Shown: positions 58,534 to 64,000 of the stretch, in pieces
How positions within the stretch are numbered: the first letter of the stretch is position 1
How the letters are laid out: each line of letters starts with the position of its first letter
NCBI GenBank assembly: GCA_040218145.1
Contig: JAVJQK010000024.1
Coordinates: 19,616 to 83,615 of the forward strand
Source: Sandaracinaceae bacterium
GTDB taxonomy: Bacteria > Myxococcota_A > Polyangia > Polyangiales > Sandaracinaceae
Length of the DNA: 64,000 nt
Reading direction: 5' to 3'
The notes under the pieces: generated by a model
Databases searched by the model: none
Told to the model about the DNA's origin: nothing
The model's input: only the letters and a program-made list of their open reading frames with translations
Made by a program: the position numbers and the translations under genes

Positions 58534-60062
58534 TGGCGATCCGGCTGCCGCGCTTCCTCGCGCCCAGAGCGCCCCGCGAGCGAGAGGACGGAGACGGGCG
58601 CCTGCGCTCGTGGGAGTGGCCGTTCGCCGCGCTCGTCTCGCTCCTCGCCGTGCTCTGGCTCGGCCACGCGCCGCTCGACACGCCCTACTGGTGGGACGCG
58701 GCCGCGGTCTACGTGCCCGGCAGCCAGTGGGTGCGCGACAACGCCTTCGCGGCCGTGCCGGGCGTCTTCCCCAGCCTCCTGGGCCGGGGCCACACCACGC
58801 TCTTCTACGTCATCACGGCCGGCGCGTTCTCGCTCTTCGGCGACGCGCCCGCGGTCGGTCACGCGGTGGTCCTGATCTTCAGCGTGATGACGCTCGTCTA
58901 CAGCTACGCGCTGGGCACGCTGCTCTTCGGGCGCCTCGCCGGGCTCGCCGCCGCGACCTTGACCGGCGTGGCGCCGCTCTACCTGACGATCTCGTCGATG
59001 GTGTTGCCCGAGATCCCGCTCACCGCCTTCACCATGGCGTGCCTCTACGAGTGGGCGCGGGGGCGGCACCTCGGCGCGATGGTCTTCGGCGTGCTCGTGG
59101 TGCTCACCAAGGAGACGGGGCTCGCGTGCGCGTGCGCCATCCTGGGCGCGACCGTGCTCTGGTCGTGGAAGGCGCGCCAGGTCGCGTGGCGCCCGCTCCT
59201 CGCCGCGGGCCTCGCGCCGATGGTGGTGCTCGGCGCCTTCTTCGTCTGGCAGCGCGTCGCGGAGGGCTGGTGGGTGCTCCCGTTCCACGCGGAGCTCTTC
59301 GAGCAGGAGCACGACTACTTCTGGTCGGGCGTGCACACCTTCTCGTCCATGGCGCTGGCGGACGGGCGCGCGGTGGCGCTCTTCGCGGCGCTGCTCGTGG
59401 GCGGGCTGCGCCTCTGGCAGAGCCGCGAGACCTTCGGCGCGTACGTGCCCTCTCCCGGCGCGCCGCCGCGGTGGGCCGTCGTCGCCGCGCTCGGGCTGGT
59501 CTTCCTCGCCTACCAGGTCTTCTTCACCAAGATGTGGTTCCTCCAGCGCTACGCGCTGCCCGCGCACCCGTGCCTCGCGATCCTGCTCGGCGCGGCCCTG
59601 CTGCCGCGCGTCTGGGAGGAGGCGAAGGCCTACGCCGTGGTCGGCGCGCTCGCCGTGCTCGCCACGGCCGGCTTCGCGGTCGAGCGCGCGGAGGCGGGAG
59701 ACGACTACGCGAGCGGCGAGACCACGTTCCGCTACCTGCACATGGTCGAGGCGCACCGCGAGATCTTCGCCGTGCTCGAGGCGCGCGCGGACGCGCCCCT
59801 GATCTTGTCGAGCTGGCCGCTCTCGTCCGAGCTCCGCGATCCCAGCCTCGGCTGGGTGGAGCGCCCCTACGAGGTGGTCGGCGTCACGGGCTACCTCGAC
59901 GGCACCGACGAGATCCAGCGCGGCCGCCCCATCGAGGCGATCGTCAGCGCCCACGGCATCGGCGACCACGACGACCTCGTGCGCGTGGCGGAAGAGCTCG
60001 GCATGCGGCGCACCCGCCGCGCGGCGGTGGGCGGCGCGGTGGTCGATCTGTTCGAGCCGTGA
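58533..60062 (+). CDS. GT-C fold (ArnT/PMT family 39-like) integral membrane glycosyltransferase
   Basis: ATGA overlap with the GH5 stop. About 11 predicted TM helices. PMT_2-like N-terminal loop. Confidence 0.6.
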   Translation: MAIRLPRFLAPRAPREREDGDGRLRSWEWPFAALVSLLAVLWLGHAPLDTPYWWDAAAVYVPGSQWVRDNAFAAVPGVFPSLLGRGHTTLFYVITAGAFSLFGDAPAVGHAVVLIFSVMTLVYSYALGTLLFGRLAGLAAATLTGVAPLYLTISSMVLPEIPLTAFTMACLYEWARGRHLGAMVFGVLVVLTKETGLACACAILGATVLWSWKARQVAWRPLLAAGLAPMVVLGAFFVWQRVAEGWWVLPFHAELFEQEHDYFWSGVHTFSSMALADGRAVALFAALLVGGLRLWQSRETFGAYVPSPGAPPRWAVVAALGLVFLAYQVFFTKMWFLQRYALPAHPCLAILLGAALLPRVWEEAKAYAVVGALAVLATAGFAVERAEAGDDYASGETTFRYLHMVEAHREIFAVLEARADAPLILSSWPLSSELRDPSLGWVERPYEVVGVTGYLDGTDEIQRGRPIEAIVSAHGIGDHDDLVRVAEELGMRRTRRAAVGGAVVDLFEP

Positions 60063-60065
60063 AGC

Positions 60066-60743
60066 TCAGCGGAGCATGGAGGCCTCGTCGCTCAGCAACA
60101 GCGGCCCGTCCTCCGGGGCGACCAGCACGAGCCGGGTCGGCATGCTCGCGTCCCGGTAGCCGGTCCCGGCGGAGGCCTCCTCGTCCGGGTCGCGCTCCCA
60201 GCGGCCGGCGCCGACCACGCAGACCTGCTCCCCCGGCTCCACGACGCCCTCGCGGTAGCGCATGTTCTTGTTGAACACCAAGCCCTGGCTGGACTGACCG
60301 CGCTCGCGCAGGAAGGCGTCTAGCTCGGGGGTGGCGTCGTTGAGAAACCCGGAAGAGAACTTGCCGTCCTTCTCCAGCACGCACTGGACGAAGTCCGTCT
60401 TCACGAGCGCCTTGGTGTCGCCGTCGCGCAGCAGGAAGTCCACGCCCTCGTGCTCGTCGACGATCGTGACCCAGCGCCGGTTCTTGCTGCTCCCGCGCTG
60501 CTCCTCCACCGTCACGCGCCAGTAGGCGCAGAGGCGCCCGCTGAGCGGAGCCGTCACCGAGGCGCCCGGCAGCACTTCGCCGATGACGCGCGCGGTCTGG
60601 CCGTCTCGGACCCGCGCGGCGGGGAGGAGCGGCACCGCCTGCATCGCGCGGCGCGCCTTCTGGTCGGCAGAGAAGTACCAGCGGAAGAGCGCGAAGCCGC
60701 CGACCAGGAGGAGCATCAGGAGGAAGAGCCAGAGCTGGATCAC
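60066..60743 (-). CDS. Hypothetical membrane-anchored protein
   Basis: N-terminal TM LWLFLLMLLLVGGFALF. Confidence 0.45.
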   Translation of the reverse strand: MIQLWLFLLMLLLVGGFALFRWYFSADQKARRAMQAVPLLPAARVRDGQTARVIGEVLPGASVTAPLSGRLCAYWRVTVEEQRGSSKNRRWVTIVDEHEGVDFLLRDGDTKALVKTDFVQCVLEKDGKFSSGFLNDATPELDAFLRERGQSSQGLVFNKNMRYREGVVEPGEQVCVVGAGRWERDPDEEASAGTGYRDASMPTRLVLVAPEDGPLLLSDEASMLR

Positions 60744-60759
60744 GGGCTGAGTCTACCGC

Positions 60760-61557
60760 TCACGGCGCCGCGGTGGGCGACAGCACGGTCTCGTCGGGCA
60801 GGCCGAGCCAGCGCTTCACCTCGGCGCGGAAGGCCTCGTAGTAGCTCAGCCGGTAGTGGAACGGGTAGCGCCCGTAGGGGTGCTCGGGGTCGGCCTGCTG
60901 CGCCAGCGTCTCCCCCTGGAGCGTCTTCATGCGCGGGACCTGCGCTTCGAGATCGCGGGCGAGCCGCTCGCAGAACGCGTAGTAGAAGTCGACCTGGTCG
61001 TTGAGCACGTCGACCTTGAAGCGCACGCCGTCGTTGCGGCAGGCGGGCGCGACGTGAAAGCCGATCTCGAGCTCCGGCTTGATGTCCCGCAGGCGCGACA
61101 GGAACGCGATCGCCGCGTCGCGGAAGGGCTCGTAGTCGAGCTCCCACAAGAACCGCGCCTGGTGCGGGACGTCCAGCTGGAAGTACTTCTCGACCTCCCA
61201 GCTCGACAGGAACGCGCGCCCGTCCTCCGTGTCGAGCTGGCGGAAGATGAAGCTGGTCACGACGTCGAAGACGAGCACCTGGTTGATGCGTGCGCCGCGC
61301 TCGAGCTTCGGGCCGTGCGTCTTGTCGAGCTCGCCCTTCGCCATCGCGAAGCCCCAGGCGTTCGTGTCGTCGACCTCGCGGAGCTGCCGCTCGCCCTCGC
61401 GCAGCGCCCCGGTCACCAGGCTGGGAAAGGCGGTGCGGCCGACGTAGTCGAAGATGCGCACCCCCTCGTCGACGAAGGTGGGCCAGCCCGCGGCGCGGAA
61501 GCTGTCGGCGGTGCCGCAGGAGCCGAGCACGGTCAGGTAGCGATGCGAGGGAGCCAT
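60760..61557 (-). CDS. Hypothetical protein
   Basis: ORF with internal Met start. No clear motif. Confidence 0.45.
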   Translation of the reverse strand: MAPSHRYLTVLGSCGTADSFRAAGWPTFVDEGVRIFDYVGRTAFPSLVTGALREGERQLREVDDTNAWGFAMAKGELDKTHGPKLERGARINQVLVFDVVTSFIFRQLDTEDGRAFLSSWEVEKYFQLDVPHQARFLWELDYEPFRDAAIAFLSRLRDIKPELEIGFHVAPACRNDGVRFKVDVLNDQVDFYYAFCERLARDLEAQVPRMKTLQGETLAQQADPEHPYGRYPFHYRLSYYEAFRAEVKRWLGLPDETVLSPTAAP

Positions 61558-61658
61558 GACTGCGGAGCGCCGAAGATAGCAGCCCGCGCGAGTGAGGTCG
61601 CGGGCGTGATAGCATCCGGCCGCGCCTCGTCGTCCCCCCGGGCGCAGGATGGGAGACC

Positions 61659-62444
61659 GTGAGCACCGAGCCGCCTTCGCCGCCCGAGACTCCGACCGCG
61701 TGGCAGCCCCAGCGGGTCGCGGATCTCTACGACGACGACCCCGAGATCTGGGCCGAGGTGATCGGCCCGACCCACCACTATCACTTCGGCATCGTCGATC
61801 CGGAGGCCGATCCGGAGGACGCGGAGGCACACTTCGACTTCACCGTCCGCAGCCTCTATCGATGGATCCCGCGCGGCGCGCGAGTGCTGGACCTCGGCTG
61901 CGGCTGGGGAGGCGCGGCGCGCATGCTCGCGCGCGAGCGCGACGCGAAGATGGTCGGCGTGACGATCTCCGCGCCGCAGGTCGCCTTCTACGAGCAGCAC
62001 GTGCCCGGCGGGCGCTGCGTGCACGCGGACATGGCGCAGCTCGACATCGAGGAGCGCTTCGACGTCGGCATCGCGCTCGAATCCTTCTGCCACGTCGACC
62101 TCCCGGGCGCCTCGCTCGCGCGGATCCGCGGCCACGTGGATCGACTGGTCTTGCTCGACCACGTCTCGACCGGCGACTCCTACGAGGTCGAGGCGTGGCG
62201 GATGCGCTTCCCGTCGCGGGAGGAGTTCCGCGCGCTGGTGGAGGGCGCCGGCTTTCGGATCGTGCACGACGAGGAGAACGACGTGCCCTGGGTCACCGCC
62301 GCCCGGTACTGGCTCCGGCGCGTCCGCGCGCGCTTCCCGGAGGGCCCGCCGGACGGTCAGTTCCGCTTGCTCCACGACCTCTGTCAGCAGCTCGTGATTC
62401 TCGACGGCTCGCCCACCCGGAGCCGGCTGATCGTCGCCGAGTGA
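61659..62444 (+). CDS. Class I SAM-dependent methyltransferase
   Basis: Motif I VLDLGCGWGG. Confidence 0.75.
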   Translation: MSTEPPSPPETPTAWQPQRVADLYDDDPEIWAEVIGPTHHYHFGIVDPEADPEDAEAHFDFTVRSLYRWIPRGARVLDLGCGWGGAARMLARERDAKMVGVTISAPQVAFYEQHVPGGRCVHADMAQLDIEERFDVGIALESFCHVDLPGASLARIRGHVDRLVLLDHVSTGDSYEVEAWRMRFPSREEFRALVEGAGFRIVHDEENDVPWVTAARYWLRRVRARFPEGPPDGQFRLLHDLCQQLVILDGSPTRSRLIVAE

Positions 62445-62453
62445 GCGCCGCGC

Positions 62454-64000
62454 TCAGCCCTCGAGCAGCTGCCGCTGGTGGTCGAAGAGCGAGGCGTACG
62501 CGCCGCCCGCGTCGAGCAGCGCGGCGTGCTCGCCCTCCTCGACGATCCGGCCGCCCTCGAGGACGAGGATGCGATCGGCGTCCCGGATCGTGTCGAGCCG
62601 GTGCGCGATCGTGACGACGGTGCGGCCGCGCGCGATCTCGGGCAGGTGCTCGACGATCGCTCGCTCGGTCTCCGAGTCCAGCGCGCTGGTGGCTTCGTCG
62701 AAGATCAGGATCGCGGGGTCCCGGTAGAGACAGCGCGCCATGCACAGGCGCTGGCGCTGCCCACCGGAGAGCCCAGCGCCCCCCTCGGCCAGCTCCGTCT
62801 CGTATCCGCGCGGCAGCAGCGCGATGAACTCGTGCGCGCCGACCGCGCGCGCAGCGTCCTCGACCGCGGCGAGGTCGGGCGTGTCGACTCCGTACGCGAT
62901 GTTGTCTGCGATCGTCCCCGCGAAGAGGTGACCATCCTGGCCGACCAGGCCCACCGCGCGGCGGATCGCGCCCCGGCTGAGCGAGCGTGACGGAACGCCG
63001 TCGACCGCGAGCTCCCCACGCGTCGGCCGGAGGAGCCCTTGGAGGAGGTGCGCCAGGGTCGACTTGCCGGAGCCGCTCCGGCCCACGAGCGCGACGCGCT
63101 CGCCCGGCGCGATCTCGAGGTCGACGTCCTCGAGGACCCACGGCGCGCCGGGCGCGTACCGGAAGTGGACGCCGCGGAGGCGCAGCGCGCCCCGGACCGG
63201 TCGTGGCCACGCGTCGGCGCCGGGCTCCTCGACCTCGAGCGGCTCGTCGAACAGCTCGTCGAGCTTCCGAAAGCTGACGTCGGTCTGCTGCAGGGTGTCG
63301 AGGGCTCGCGCGAGGAGGACCAGCGGGCTCACGGCGAGCGTGACGAGCTGGCTGACGGTGAGCACCTCGCCGGGGGAGAGCGCGCCTTCGAAGGCGAGCG
63401 TCACGGCGAGGTAGGTGGCGCCCGTGACGGCGAGCTGGGCCGCTCCGCCCACACCGAAGCCCAGGCCGGCGCGCAGGACGATGCCGCGCCGCTCCAGCTC
63501 GGCCCCCTCGACGTTGAGGCGCTCCCAGCGATGACGCGCGTACGTGGTCGCGTCCAGGCTCTTCAGGGTCGCGATCCCTTCGAGCTGCTCCGAGGTCAGC
63601 CCCTGTTGACGCTTGCGAGTGTCGAAGAGGCGCCCGTAGAGCGCGCGGTAGCGTCGAGCCACGACCCGGGTGAGCGCGAACGTCGCGGCGCCCGCGATCA
63701 CGGGGACGAGCGGAAGGCTCCAGTGGTAGACGAAGAGGAAGAGGCTGAAGCAAGTTGTCTGGAGCAGGCTGACGAGGACCTCGATCGGCTCGCCCGACAG
63801 CGCGTCTCGGATTCGGCCGATCTCGTGGAACGACGCGAGAATCCGGCCGACGGTCGAGTCGGTCCGGTGCGGGGTGCCCAGCGCGTGGCGCGAGACGAGC
63901 GTCGCGAGGCGCAGCTCGAGGTGGACGTCGAGCTGAGCCAGGAGCATCGCCTCGAGGGTGCGGAGCGCCAGGTAGGTCGCCTGGCAGAGCGCCAGCCCGA
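62454..64000 (-). CDS. ABC transporter, fused permease/ATP-binding; N-terminus beyond window end
   Basis: Walker A GRSGSGKST. LSGGQRQRLCMARC. ILIFDEATSALD. Confidence 0.85.
   Translation of the reverse strand, partial: GLALCQATYLALRTLEAMLLAQLDVHLELRLATLVSRHALGTPHRTDSTVGRILASFHEIGRIRDALSGEPIEVLVSLLQTTCFSLFLFVYHWSLPLVPVIAGAATFALTRVVARRYRALYGRLFDTRKRQQGLTSEQLEGIATLKSLDATTYARHRWERLNVEGAELERRGIVLRAGLGFGVGGAAQLAVTGATYLAVTLAFEGALSPGEVLTVSQLVTLAVSPLVLLARALDTLQQTDVSFRKLDELFDEPLEVEEPGADAWPRPVRGALRLRGVHFRYAPGAPWVLEDVDLEIAPGERVALVGRSGSGKSTLAHLLQGLLRPTRGELAVDGVPSRSLSRGAIRRAVGLVGQDGHLFAGTIADNIAYGVDTPDLAAVEDAARAVGAHEFIALLPRGYETELAEGGAGLSGGQRQRLCMARCLYRDPAILIFDEATSALDSETERAIVEHLPEIARGRTVVTIAHRLDTIRDADRILVLEGGRIVEEGEHAALLDAGGAYASLFDHQRQLLEG

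Noticed and set aside
55821-60062. 1,413-aa plus-strand ORF
   Set aside because: Only its last ~510 codons (from 58533) look real (GT-C membrane protein). The upstream part is antisense to the ABC transporter or out of frame with the GH5 gene, and is low-complexity.

Overview
This is a very GC-rich (~70%) chromosomal window whose gene content resembles Myxococcota or another high-GC deltaproteobacterium. That assignment is inferred from the many Ser/Thr-kinase and lipoprotein genes. The high GC content fills the six-frame track with long antisense ORFs, and these were discarded as spurious.

**Core region (1-6.7 kb).** It begins with the conserved cluster prs(partial)-rplY-pth, followed by rpsF-rpsR-rplI-dnaB. 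A 1.8-kb spacer between prs and rplY holds two long microsatellite arrays, one of which is (GGGAGC)n-type and G-quadruplex-capable.

**Accessory-like gene sets downstream.**
- A Ser/Thr kinase with a (DPASAS)n linker.
- A lipoprotein and a FadL-like outer-membrane protein.
- Two tandem small paralogs.
- A salicylyl-CoA 5-hydroxylase-type FAD-monooxygenase/OYE fusion, translationally coupled to a membrane alkaline-phosphatase-superfamily protein.
- A convergent operon of PPP phosphatase, REC-like protein and cytochrome P450.
- A metallophosphoesterase, LhgO-like and DECR-like oxidoreductases, and ChaC.
- A standalone aceK.
- A REC-adenylate cyclase.

**Most notable module.** A flotillin/SPFH gene is translationally coupled to a 1,664-aa protein with a C-terminal MoxR-like AAA+ ATPase domain (25.9-33.1 kb). 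A YqiJ/NfeD-like membrane/OB-fold gene sits ~12 kb away.

**Secreted-protein genes.** There are several large lipoprotein/secretome genes: a GxSxG hydrolase, a GGDDxY beta-helical repeat protein upstream of fpg, and a TSP3+VWA protein behind an outer-membrane barrel gene.

**Glycan locus.** A GH5 gene overlaps a GT-C/ArnT-like gene at an ATGA junction. Two hypothetical genes and a SAM methyltransferase follow, and two ABC exporters flank the set.

No rRNA, tRNA, CRISPR or clear mobile elements were detected by eye.
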